The notes: a model not told the origin generated them from the sequence alone. Positions 46,942 through 56,683 are shown, numbered from the stretch's first letter. The stretch: 64,000 nucleotides of DNA from Saccharofermentans sp. (GCA_024403655.1 JAKSRK010000002.1:2084-66083); one strand, 5' to 3'. Numbers and translations: made by a program.

Positions 46942-47118
46942 GACTATACTGAAATCTCCTTTCTGAATACTATAATTCAGCACTCAAAAATGCTCACAAA
47001 CAACAGCTTGTGAGCACTATCAGTGTTGAATATAAACTTTAGCAGCAAGGGAAGTTGCAAATTGACTATAAATTAGGTAATTAAAATAGTTTTCTTCCCT
47101 TGGCTGCCTCTTGTTAAA

Positions 47119-50100
47119 TCATTCTAACACGCTTTTTTCTTCCTTACGTCTGACGAAATAAAATACTGCAATACCAGTACCAACTGTCAAAAGACTAATA
47201 CCAATAGCAGGCAATACCATTGATACAACTTCACCAGTTGAAGGGGTTGCTCTCTTTTCAATAGTAACAGTCTGATTATCATCATTAATATTTTCATGAG
47301 TAATAATAATCGTAGTTATTTCTGTCTGATTACCATTATCATCAACAGCTGTTGATACAAGGTAAAGACGTTCAAATACGACTAATTTATCATTATTGTT
47401 AAGTGATGTACCATTAAAGGTAAATGTTACTGTTACTTCACCATTAGCTTCATTTGGTGTAAAGCGAACTGTGCTTGTAACTGCATTATCACCGTTTCTA
47501 AAGACTTCGCCAGTATTTCTGTTCATCAATGTTCCAACGAGTTCATATGTCTGGCCAGGAACAAGATTCTCATAGGCAACAACATCATTAAGGGTGACAG
47601 TCTCAGAAGGATTAAATACCTTTCTTCCGTCTACTGTTGCTGTAGTTCCCATATTGGGAACTTCAACTGTCTGATTCTCATCATTGATGTCTGCATGGAT
47701 CCAAACAGTTGTACCTGATGTACTAATAGACTCAAAAGCAACAAGATCCTTACCTACAAGAGAAGCTGTGTCAATGTTTTCGAATACGACATTAACTGTT
47801 CCAGATGTTGCTGTAGCTGTAAATGTAGTAGTTGCAGTAATCACTCTACCGTTAGCGTCACGAAGCTCTGTAGGCTGCTCTTCACCATTCTTAATCATAA
47901 TAGTTCCTGTAACGGTGTAAGACTTACCTACTTCAAGTCCCTCATATTCAACTACGTCTGTAAGCGATACAGATGAATCTGCAGGTGCTACATGTGTACC
48001 TGTTGCAGTACCCATGAATGTAGTAGCTCCGGAAGGTGGTGTGATTGTCTGATTCTCATCATTGATGTCGTGATGAACACCAACATGTACTCTGCCGTTA
48101 GCTGTCTGTCTGTAAAGGTCCTCGAAACAAACGATTGTCTTACCAGACTCCCAAGCAAGAGTATTGATTGTCAAAGGCACTTCAATCATGCCTGTTGTCT
48201 CTTCAGCTGTGAATATAACTGTATTAGTTACGATATTGCCATTAGCATCTCTTAAAGGCTCTCCTGTTGCCTTGTCGTATACAACAGCAACAGACTCATA
48301 AGTCTGACCTACGATAAGACCGTTATAAGATACATGGTCGATAAATGTTGCCTCTTCTGCATATACAAGCATATGAGAAGATTCACTAATTGAAAGGAAC
48401 TCTGTTCCTGTAATTGCATTACCGTCAACGAATATGCCAGCTGTAGTATCAAGAACAGTGTAATCAATGTTATCAAGGACTACATCGAGATGTCCGGGAA
48501 CAATTTCAAAATAGTAATTATTAGGATCTATTTCATATCCATCGGGAGCAATAAGCTCTCTAACAATATACTTCTGAATAGGAAGATCGGAGAGTATATA
48601 TATTCCGTCACCGTCTTCATCTGTAATCTGAGCAAATGCTGTATCGATTGTAGGATCGAAAGCATTATTTCCGTCTACATCAACATATACTGCAAATACA
48701 GCTCCTGTTAATGCGTCACCTGTCTGGTCGTCCTGCTTCTCGATTGTAAGACTACCGGATGTCATTACGTTATTAACAATCGGCTCATCTGTCCAATCTG
48801 CTACAAGTGATGAAGTAAAGGAAGATTCATCTCTTGTTGAACTTACTTCTCTACCATCATCGATAGTAGCTGTTATATCTCCCGTATTGGGATTCCATGT
48901 AATTACTACAGTATGAACTGTATCATCAAGTTCACACTCAACATCCACCCAAGAATTACCATAAAGAACCTGATCAGCAGCTGCTGTCTCTTTTACATAG
49001 AGAGTAATTACCTGATCTTCATCTGTAATTCTAAGTTCTGCATCAAAAGAACCGCTGAATGTATAGATTCCGTTATTAGAAGAATCTGTCATTGTACCAA
49101 CAACATCAGTACAATCTTCATCGGAGTAAACAGTAAACTCTGCGCCACGAGCATCTCTACCCATATCGTCAATCTTTGCAAGCTCGAATGAGTAATCAGC
49201 TGTCATATAAGGCGAGTTTACAATAGGATTACTAGTCCAATCTGCGTCAAGAGTTGTAGTAAAAGATGAAGCAGATCTTGTAGCTGTAATCGTATTATCA
49301 GCATCCATTGTAGCTGTCATGCTACCAGTTGCAGGATTCCAACTAATTGCTACTGCATGAACAGTATCATCAAGACCACACTCAACATTTACCCAAGTGT
49401 TATCGTAAAGAATCTGTGTTGCAGCTGCTGTCTCTCTTACATAAAGAGTAACATTCTGATCTGCTGTAGTAGTTCTAAGCTGGTCTGCAAATGTTCCACT
49501 GTAGGTATAGATTCCGTTATTAGAAGAATCTGTCATTGTACCAACAGCATTAGTACAAGCTGAATCAGAGTAAACAGTAAATACTGCTCCTCTTGCTGAT
49601 CTACCTGTATCATCTACCTTTGCAATCTCAAAGGAATAACTTGCGTTCATGTAAGGAACATTTACTGTATTTCCATTAGAAGTACCGAATGAGATATCTG
49701 CATGAGTAAGTCTTCTTGCAGCATTTCTTGTAGCTGTTCCACCATTAGAACCACTTGCAGTCCAAGTCATCTCACCTGTCTGGCGATTAAGAGATGTAGT
49801 AATGGTAAATGTTGTTGCTGAATTATCAGCAAATGTAGCATTCTGCCAAGTACCGTTAATGCTAACTCTTGTAGCGGGACTGGTCTCAACAACCGTGAAG
49901 TTACGATTGATTGTTGAAGTAATAGGATTACCTGCTAAGTCAGTGTCAAAATAGTCGTCACCATCATCAGCAAAATATGTTGTAGGTACATTAATAGTAT
50001 AGTGTCCAGGATTTGCAGAATCACTCATAGTACCAAAAACAGAACCGTCTGAGTTGTATACAGTAAATGTAGCACCACTTGCAAGGTTGCCCTGATCGTC

Positions 50101-51174
50101 TACCTTTACAGTTGACAAAGAAACATCTGCTCTATATCGTTCTCTTTCATCGATTGCATTGAAAGCAGCATATCTCACAGGACGAGTTGCAGTTGCGGAA
50201 ATACAAAGCTGATCGTTAGCTCCAGAAGGTCTCCAAAGCTGTACATCGTTAAGTGCATAGTATCCACCAGTGATAGTTTCAGCATTAACCCCCCACTGAA
50301 GATCCCAACCCATAACTACAGTCTGACCAAATGAATTTTGAGTAAGTGTAAAATCCGAGTCAGATCTATTTACAATATAGTTTGTATTGGAACTAAAACT
50401 GTAATTACTAGGATTATATTCAGGTCCATAGTTGTATCCGAAATGGAAAGTATATGTAGAACCATCGAAATCTACGCTTGTCTGACTATTTGCATGAGCA
50501 ATAGCTTCTGCCGGCGAATCGTAGAGTGTAATTCCACTACCATTCCAACTAACACGGTCAGAACGATGCTCATAATCCGTAAGTCTCGCTCTAAGCTCAT
50601 TAATAGCCTGCTGAACAGGATCGTTAGGATCAGGAGAGTGATGGAATGTCTGATTATTAACAGCCTCCCAAATCAGTGCCTGAGTAGCAACATACTTTAC
50701 GTAGTTACCATTACCGAGATTAGCTCCGGAAGTGTAAATATTAATATCGTATACACCCCAACCGTTCTCACCGTTATAACCTACCGTATAGATAATACCA
50801 ACGGCATCTCTTACGGTATGACCTGCCATAGAGCCAACAGTAACAATATTATCGTTACCATAAGTCTCTCGTGTAGCCCCCTCACCATTTTCAAGATGTC
50901 TTCCCTGTTCAATACAATATACAGGGATGTAATGACCGTTACCGTCAATTACAGCTTTAGCGTTAGCATGGTAACGAGGACCATTATAGTCAACATAAAG
51001 TTGAATATTACTGTCTTGCGGTGCCAAAGCTATTGAGCCATCATAGCCCCAATTCTCGCCCCAAGCGTTAACGAAATTGCTAAAAGGAGCAATCGCTATT
51101 ACTGCAGCTGTCAAAGCAGCAATGATATGCTTTGACTTTTTCCTTATACTTCTGAAAAACTTCATAAAGTACAA
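47119..51174 (-). CDS. Large cell-wall-anchored adhesin: thioester (TED) domain, SpaA/Cna-B-type Ig stalk, VaFE-like repeats
   Basis: Signal peptide; YCIEQG and TQALIW; ~140-aa internal duplication; repeated ..VAFES/VFER..H.DINDENQT; PSTG sorting motif, TM and basic tail. Confidence 0.85.
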   Translation of the reverse strand: MYFMKFFRSIRKKSKHIIAALTAAVIAIAPFSNFVNAWGENWGYDGSIALAPQDSNIQLYVDYNGPRYHANAKAVIDGNGHYIPVYCIEQGRHLENGEGATRETYGNDNIVTVGSMAGHTVRDAVGIIYTVGYNGENGWGVYDINIYTSGANLGNGNYVKYVATQALIWEAVNNQTFHHSPDPNDPVQQAINELRARLTDYEHRSDRVSWNGSGITLYDSPAEAIAHANSQTSVDFDGSTYTFHFGYNYGPEYNPSNYSFSSNTNYIVNRSDSDFTLTQNSFGQTVVMGWDLQWGVNAETITGGYYALNDVQLWRPSGANDQLCISATATRPVRYAAFNAIDERERYRADVSLSTVKVDDQGNLASGATFTVYNSDGSVFGTMSDSANPGHYTINVPTTYFADDGDDYFDTDLAGNPITSTINRNFTVVETSPATRVSINGTWQNATFADNSATTFTITTSLNRQTGEMTWTASGSNGGTATRNAARRLTHADISFGTSNGNTVNVPYMNASYSFEIAKVDDTGRSARGAVFTVYSDSACTNAVGTMTDSSNNGIYTYSGTFADQLRTTTADQNVTLYVRETAAATQILYDNTWVNVECGLDDTVHAVAISWNPATGSMTATMDADNTITATRSASSFTTTLDADWTSNPIVNSPYMTADYSFELAKIDDMGRDARGAEFTVYSDEDCTDVVGTMTDSSNNGIYTFSGSFDAELRITDEDQVITLYVKETAAADQVLYGNSWVDVECELDDTVHTVVITWNPNTGDITATIDDGREVSSTRDESSFTSSLVADWTDEPIVNNVMTSGSLTIEKQDDQTGDALTGAVFAVYVDVDGNNAFDPTIDTAFAQITDEDGDGIYILSDLPIQKYIVRELIAPDGYEIDPNNYYFEIVPGHLDVVLDNIDYTVLDTTAGIFVDGNAITGTEFLSISESSHMLVYAEEATFIDHVSYNGLIVGQTYESVAVVYDKATGEPLRDANGNIVTNTVIFTAEETTGMIEVPLTINTLAWESGKTIVCFEDLYRQTANGRVHVGVHHDINDENQTITPPSGATTFMGTATGTHVAPADSSVSLTDVVEYEGLEVGKSYTVTGTIMIKNGEEQPTELRDANGRVITATTTFTATATSGTVNVVFENIDTASLVGKDLVAFESISTSGTTVWIHADINDENQTVEVPNMGTTATVDGRKVFNPSETVTLNDVVAYENLVPGQTYELVGTLMNRNTGEVFRNGDNAVTSTVRFTPNEANGEVTVTFTFNGTSLNNNDKLVVFERLYLVSTAVDDNGNQTEITTIIITHENINDDNQTVTIEKRATPSTGEVVSMVLPAIGISLLTVGTGIAVFYFVRRKEEKSVLE

Positions 51175-51370
51175 TTCCTTCCTTTCTTATGTGATAAATT
51201 AAAAAGGAATCCAATTAAGGATTCCTTTGCTAACAAAAAGTAAGTAAATAAAAAGGGATGGTCGCGTCCTCTATACACAAGTAATTGTTCCTTTCTATTT
51301 TTCTCCAAAAACAAAGGATCCCGTTTCCGAGATCCAATGTTTTTTATATGGCAACAATTTCAGATATTAG

Positions 51371-52876
51371 TTAAACCCAAACAACTCCATTGATAGTAGC
51401 AGAACCTGCTGCCATCCAAGAATTGCTACTATAATCGTATTCCATACGCTGAAAACCAACAGAATACAAATAGTCCTGATAAGTGTCAGTCCAAATTGCT
51501 CTATGACCAGGAGAATTTAACAATCTGGTGTAAACATCCGTAGCATTAGTTCCACTTGCAAGATTCTCATCCATAGGGTAAGGACTACCACTTTGACCAT
51601 TAGGTCTTATATGTCCCCAAACAACCGTTGCTTCAGCAGCTCTTAGTCTAAAAGTATTGATTGCTTCCTGAGATACACCACTTGTAAGATACGGCTGTAA
51701 GCCTAATGTGTTTACTCGATAATTGTTAATCATGTTATCAAGCTCAGACATATCAACATAGTATCCATAAATTCTCTGTGTCTGTCCGTTACCCATATCA
51801 ATATCAATGATTTCATAGCCGTTAGCTCTTGCAGAAGCATCAATATCAAATGCTGCTGACGGAGTAGAGGGAGTTACAGGACTAGGAGCCGGAGCAGGAG
51901 CAGGTGCAGTTGTTTCATAGAAACAATTTGATGTACTACCAGGAGCAGCGGATCCAACAGGAAGTATTAGTACCTCAATACCTTCGAGTCTGTATCCATA
52001 TCCGGCACTACCACAAGGAGCACCGTCCTTTGCCCAACCTGTCCAACCAAAGTTCTGTACGTGTGTTCTATACCACACATTGTAGCTACCTGAATTACTA
52101 CCATTAAGAGAAATTTCAATAGCTTCAAGTCTCAAACTCTGTCCTTCTGTACCGGACATTGCTCCATTGGATACCCAACCTTGCCAACCAATGTTCTGTA
52201 CGTGTGTCTTGTACTGGATACCTACACCGGAGATATTAGATGAAATCTTTATACCTTCAAGTCTAAGGCTCTGCCCTGTTGTACCAGACATAACACCATC
52301 GGTTACATTTGACTGCCAACCAATGTTCTGAACGTGAGTATTATATGTAACAAATGTAGGAGAAGCACCTGCCGGTACTACTCTAATCTCAATGCCTTCA
52401 AGTCTTAAGCTCTGACCTTCTGTACCAGCCATTGCTCCATCCTTAACCCAAGACATCCAACCGATATTCTGTACGTGTACTCTATAGTAAATATCGTAGT
52501 TAGAGGCATTACTACCTGTAAGCTCAATCTTGACACCCTCAAGTCTTAAAGATCTACCTTCTGTACCGGACATTGCTCCGTTGGATACCCAACCTTGCCA
52601 ACCATCATTCTGAACATGAGTCTTGTATCTAACACCTAAGTTCTGACCTGAGACATTAACCTTCAATCCCTCAAGTCTTAAACTCTGTCCTTCTGTACCG
52701 GACATTGCTCCATTAGATACACTTGTCTGCCAACCAACATTCTGTACGTGTGTACTGTAAGATACACTTACGTCGGTATTAGAAGCAGCCATGACGTTCT
52801 GGGGCAACACAAAAAGCATAAGAAGAATTGAAAGCACAACTGTTATGCTTGTAATCCTTATATTTTTATTCTTCAT
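51371..52876 (-). CDS. Secreted protein with six ChW (clostridial hydrophobic W) repeats and a C-terminal CAP/SCP domain
   Basis: Repeated Y.THVQN.GWQ..V..GAMSGTEGQSLRLEG; HIRPNG, ENLA, NSPGHRA. Confidence 0.85.
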   Translation of the reverse strand: MKNKNIRITSITVVLSILLMLFVLPQNVMAASNTDVSVSYSTHVQNVGWQTSVSNGAMSGTEGQSLRLEGLKVNVSGQNLGVRYKTHVQNDGWQGWVSNGAMSGTEGRSLRLEGVKIELTGSNASNYDIYYRVHVQNIGWMSWVKDGAMAGTEGQSLRLEGIEIRVVPAGASPTFVTYNTHVQNIGWQSNVTDGVMSGTTGQSLRLEGIKISSNISGVGIQYKTHVQNIGWQGWVSNGAMSGTEGQSLRLEAIEISLNGSNSGSYNVWYRTHVQNFGWTGWAKDGAPCGSAGYGYRLEGIEVLILPVGSAAPGSTSNCFYETTAPAPAPAPSPVTPSTPSAAFDIDASARANGYEIIDIDMGNGQTQRIYGYYVDMSELDNMINNYRVNTLGLQPYLTSGVSQEAINTFRLRAAEATVVWGHIRPNGQSGSPYPMDENLASGTNATDVYTRLLNSPGHRAIWTDTYQDYLYSVGFQRMEYDYSSNSWMAAGSATINGVVWV

Positions 52877-53108
52877 CTTGTATCTCCTTGAAATCAATAC
52901 CACTATCAAAGTTCTTCATTATGAAATCACAATACTTAATCAAGCGTTCTTGAAACTTATAATCTTTGTATTGCTGATATGAAATTAATATTGCACCATC
53001 ATACGGACTCTTTCTGTTAGTTATTCTAACAGCTTCTCGATTAGATGCTGCAAGCTCATAATATTGTCTCAGCTGTTCCCTAAATTCTGTTAAGTTCACT
53101 TCTTTCAT
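52866..53108 (-). CDS. Phd/YefM-family antitoxin
   Basis: MKEVNLTEFREQL...V.ITNR....AILISY pattern; own SD and promoter. Confidence 0.75.
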   Translation of the reverse strand: MKEVNLTEFREQLRQYYELAASNREAVRITNRKSPYDGAILISYQQYKDYKFQERLIKYCDFIMKNFDSGIDFKEIQDEE

Positions 53109-53147
53109 AATGATAATCTCCTTTGCTAAATATAGTTATCTAGCAAT

Positions 53148-53175
53148 ATTATAACACTTCTGTACAGTTAATCAA
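53148..53175 (-). promoter_or_regulatory. Promoter of the Phd-like gene
   Basis: TTGATT-16 bp-TATAAT with an extended -10 TG; GTACAGTT direct repeats nearby. Confidence 0.55.
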
Positions 53176-53212
53176 TTCTATCAGTACAGTTGCGGAGATC
53201 CACTTTAAATCC

Positions 53213-54010
53213 TTAAGACCCACATATGCCACAAGGAACATACTCTTCAGCAATCATAGAACTGTGATTACCTTCTATGATAATCTGATTTTCAACAGGA
53301 ACATTCATAAGCTCATCACAGAATGGTACATGGAATGTACGCGATTGAATATCAACTATATATCCTATTGTTGTTTCAGTAGGTACTACGGGTTCAGGTG
53401 TTGGAGTTGCTGTCGGTGTAGTAGCAGTAGTTTCAGTCTCAGATGTTACGGTAGTCTCTGTAGCATTGGGATAAAGCTCAACATACTCAGTATCGTTTAT
53501 CTCCGCAACTACAATAACGTCTCCACACTGAACCTCTACTCGACTCCATTCCTTATATGATAAATAAACAATTAATCCGTTATATGATCTTCCTGGATTG
53601 ATGGAAACAGATCTAAACAAAAGGTTATTATCTACAACCCAAGGGTAGTCTACATAGTTTTGCTCAATTGCTTTCTGATTATCGAGATAACCTGAAATCG
53701 AATCTCCTATAGATACATATACTGATGCATCCGTATTATTCGTGTATGTAACATCGCATACTACATAGAAATAATCCGCATCGTGAAAATTCTTGATGCT
53801 ATTCACGCAAAAGGTAAAATCCTCTGTTTCAACTTCATCTCCTATATCGTAGTAAAGTTGACTCTCTTCCGTTTCATCAGATCCATCAACTTCTACTGAA
53901 GATGAGTCAGAATCTATGACATCCTCAGCTTTCTTAATCTTGCAGCTTGAAGCGAAGCCGCAGAATACAATTCCAGAAAGCATCACACATGCTATCTTTT
54001 TTAATTTCAT
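53213..54010 (-). CDS. Lipoprotein with an Ig-like middle domain and a C-terminal Ada-like Zn motif
   Basis: Lipobox ASSC; T/P linker; FHVPFC...CGIC. Start ATG 54010 behind GAAAGGAG. Confidence 0.65.
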   Translation of the reverse strand: MKLKKIACVMLSGIVFCGFASSCKIKKAEDVIDSDSSSVEVDGSDETEESQLYYDIGDEVETEDFTFCVNSIKNFHDADYFYVVCDVTYTNNTDASVYVSIGDSISGYLDNQKAIEQNYVDYPWVVDNNLLFRSVSINPGRSYNGLIVYLSYKEWSRVEVQCGDVIVVAEINDTEYVELYPNATETTVTSETETTATTPTATPTPEPVVPTETTIGYIVDIQSRTFHVPFCDELMNVPVENQIIIEGNHSSMIAEEYVPCGICGS

Positions 54011-54023
54011 AGTTACTCCTTTC

Positions 54024-54050
54024 AACTTCTCGCCAAGTTGGCGCGAAGTT
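54024..54050. repeat. 27-bp ICE palindrome, copy 8
   Basis: AACTTCTCGCCAAGTTGGCGCGAAGTT. Confidence 0.93.
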
Positions 54051-54051
54051 A

Positions 54052-55098
54052 TCAATGCTCAAATTCTCGTTCGATTTTCTTTGGTTTCTTTTTGACTACA
54101 TCAAGAGAAGGAGCATCTTGATCAAGCTGTTTATCTTTTTGCTTGAACTCCGCTTTTTCCATGATGTACTCTTCGATACCCGTTGCAACATCGATTGCTT
54201 TAAAGAGTTCTTCTGGCTCTTTTTCTAGTACCTCAATCCAAGACTGTATATATGCTGCATGATTATTTACATGCTGCTCATCCAATCCTAGGCCAAACTC
54301 AGCACAGATAAAAGACGAAGCAATCTCAGCTCTAAGTTCTTCTTTAGCATAAGTGATATTACCAAAGCCATCATTATTTACAAGTGTGTCACGATTTAAC
54401 CTTGAAGAATGTCCTGTAGCATGACATAACTCATGAAGCTGAGTTGAATAGTAATACTCAGGAGATTTAAACGCTCCGCTAGGTGGAATTACTACGGTAT
54501 CTTTTGTAGGCGAATAATATGCTCTGGAACCTTCTTCTATATAATTGACACCCATATTCTCAATGATCTTGCCGATTCTAACATCAGCATCTATCGAATT
54601 CTCTTTTAGGTGTTCCAATTCAGGATCAGGCTCAAGTCCGTTAATGATATCGCCATTAAACACATAATAGTTTCTCCAAGGACGGATATAGCAGTTCTTA
54701 GGATTGATTTCATCGTTATTGACCAGCTTCTTGTAGTCCTCAAACGAGATCATCTTCTTAAGTTCTGAAGAATAAACACCATAATATGTAATAGGCACTC
54801 CCATTCCCTTCGCTTCGTCCTTGAACATTTGACCAGTAATATTATGCTTTTCGCGATAATCTTTAATCTGATTAAATGTCATCCATCTTCTATCGCTCCA
54901 TCCTGCATCCGCAGCTACTATAGCCAGAAGCAATGCATTCTTTCCCTTATAGGCTCTATTGGTTATTCCGTTCCTGTTTCCTGAGAGATTCTTCCAACCT
55001 TTAATCCAGGGAAGTTCATCTTCTTTAAGACAGCTGATATATTTATCAATCAGCATTTGTTTTGTTTTATCCTTTTCAAAATTACTCTTCGTCGGCAT
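54052..55098 (-). CDS. ArdC-family antirestriction protein (ArdC-N plus zincin-like MPTase)
   Basis: LPWIKGW, Y.GKN.LLL, RWMTFNQI, VFN, AYYSP..D.VVIP, HELCHATGH (HExxH), YAKEELRAE. Confidence 0.9.
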   Translation of the reverse strand: MPTKSNFEKDKTKQMLIDKYISCLKEDELPWIKGWKNLSGNRNGITNRAYKGKNALLLAIVAADAGWSDRRWMTFNQIKDYREKHNITGQMFKDEAKGMGVPITYYGVYSSELKKMISFEDYKKLVNNDEINPKNCYIRPWRNYYVFNGDIINGLEPDPELEHLKENSIDADVRIGKIIENMGVNYIEEGSRAYYSPTKDTVVIPPSGAFKSPEYYYSTQLHELCHATGHSSRLNRDTLVNNDGFGNITYAKEELRAEIASSFICAEFGLGLDEQHVNNHAAYIQSWIEVLEKEPEELFKAIDVATGIEEYIMEKAEFKQKDKQLDQDAPSLDVVKKKPKKIEREFEH

Positions 55099-55645
55099 AT
55101 TCAACAAGCTCTCCTTCCCCTAATTCCATCTCGATATCTTCTGTAAAGATATCTTCAGCTGCAATACCATTAAGCTTTGCAAATTCATTAAGATCTTCAC
55201 TGTGAATAACCATTTTTAAAACCTCCTGTGAATCTGATAAATCTATCGGCTCAACTTCGTGCCTACCGTAATAGAATTCATATTTCAATTTATTATGCGA
55301 GGGATATAAGAAGTCACCTACCGCACCAAGCTTAACCTTATACCCTAGCCTGTTCCATTCTTCTTCTAACCGTAGATTAACTGTATCGATATCAGTTCTA
55401 AACTCCGTTCCATAACTAGTCATAAGTGGAAGAACTTTACCCAAGGAATTTCTGTTCTGAATTCGTGTGAAACCGATTGGAGACAAAGAAGCATTGTATC
55501 CAATCAAACAAAATATCGGCTCTCTTGTTTCTGGATCCCTATAAAAACCCCACGATACATATGAAAATGTATGATTTCTATTCTGAATCACCCCGGTATC
55601 TCTCCAAAACTTCAGATTACCTATATGCACAATCTCATATTTCAT
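55082..55645 (-). CDS. Hypothetical protein
   Basis: ORF with SD GGAGA; no recognisable motif. Confidence 0.6.
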   Translation of the reverse strand: MKYEIVHIGNLKFWRDTGVIQNRNHTFSYVSWGFYRDPETREPIFCLIGYNASLSPIGFTRIQNRNSLGKVLPLMTSYGTEFRTDIDTVNLRLEEEWNRLGYKVKLGAVGDFLYPSHNKLKYEFYYGRHEVEPIDLSDSQEVLKMVIHSEDLNEFAKLNGIAAEDIFTEDIEMELGEGELVEYADEE

Positions 55646-55657
55646 TTTATCTCCCAT

Positions 55658-55695
55658 AAAAAAGCACCCGATTTCTCAGGTGCTTCAGTAGTGTT
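55658..55695 (-). repeat. 38-bp terminator-containing segment duplicated at 40483-40520
   Basis: AAGCACC/GGTGCTT hairpin plus T6 on the minus strand. Confidence 0.9.
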
Positions 55696-55698
55696 CTT

Positions 55699-55725
55699 AA
55701 CTTCGCGCCAACTTGGCACGAAGTT
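55699..55725. repeat. 27-bp ICE palindrome, copy 9
   Basis: AACTTCGCGCCAACTTGGCACGAAGTT. Confidence 0.95.
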
Positions 55726-55727
55726 CC

Positions 55728-56594
55728 TTAACGCTCGATTTCTCGGTCTTTTGCCTTAGTTCTTTCCTTATCAAGTTTTTTCACACACTCTCTTGTTGCT
55801 TCAAGTATTTTGATCTGCGCCTTATATTCTTCAATAATGGACTCTTTAAAGATCCTCAAGAATGAACTAGGATCAGCTTTAACCTGCCAATCTTCAAGGG
55901 CTCCGTTATATTCACCCTTGGCAGATGCCTTAATAGTTATCTGCGGATAGCCGAATGAAACTAACATGGCATTCATTATGTTGCGTCCGGTTCGCCCGTT
56001 ACAATCAATAAAAGGATGTATACGCTCAAACATAGCATGAAACGCAGCAATCTTAACCAACGGATGATTCGGACAATTATTAAACTGATAAACGAGATCC
56101 GCCATACACTCTCTAATATAGAAAGCATCTACAGGCGCAGTCATGGAACCTTTAATAATTGCCGGAGACATACGATATACGCCTCTAGTTCGAGGTTGAC
56201 AATCAAGAGCAGTCCTCTGATGAGTATCTTTTATATATTCTTCGGTAAGCTGCGGATACTCAGATATCGTTTCGACTGCATAACTACATCCCTCAAAACA
56301 ACCTTTGGCAGCAAATATATCTCTAAGTTTGCTGTCAGGACGATGTGGAGGGAATTCACCGTCAAGAACCAATGCCGTATCCCCAAGACTTAATGTGCTT
56401 CCTTCTAAAGAATTAGAGTTATATACAAATCTGACTTTGAAGTCTTCTTCGTAACTCTGAAGACCATCAAGATCCGTTTCATTAAAGGGCTTTAAACTTT
56501 CGTATTTAGCTTTAAGCTCCTCAACCTCATCGAAATAGTCAAAGGCCACCGAAGTATTGAATGCTTGATATAACTGTTCTCCAACTTCACTCAT
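55728..56594 (-). CDS. Fic-family protein (class II, N-terminal inhibitory motif)
   Basis: HPFIDCNGRTGR signature variant; SNSLEG fits (S/T)xxxE(G/N). Confidence 0.9.
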   Translation of the reverse strand: MSEVGEQLYQAFNTSVAFDYFDEVEELKAKYESLKPFNETDLDGLQSYEEDFKVRFVYNSNSLEGSTLSLGDTALVLDGEFPPHRPDSKLRDIFAAKGCFEGCSYAVETISEYPQLTEEYIKDTHQRTALDCQPRTRGVYRMSPAIIKGSMTAPVDAFYIRECMADLVYQFNNCPNHPLVKIAAFHAMFERIHPFIDCNGRTGRNIMNAMLVSFGYPQITIKASAKGEYNGALEDWQVKADPSSFLRIFKESIIEEYKAQIKILEATRECVKKLDKERTKAKDREIER

Positions 56595-56654
56595 AACAGG
56601 CTCCTTTATCCTTCACATGTTGCGATTATAGCATTTATATCTATTATAAAGAAT

Positions 56655-56681
56655 AACTTCGCGCCAAATTGGCGAGAAGTT
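56655..56681. repeat. 27-bp ICE palindrome, copy 10
   Basis: AACTTCGCGCCAAATTGGCGAGAAGTT, adjacent to an extended -10 (TGCTATAAT, 56625-56633 minus) upstream of fic. Confidence 0.93.
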
Positions 56682-56683
56682 AA

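Noticed and set aside
50338-51036. 232-aa plus-strand ORF within the adhesin gene, and similar antisense ORFs across the ICE
   Set aside because: Antisense shadow of a biased-codon gene; no recognisable domain.
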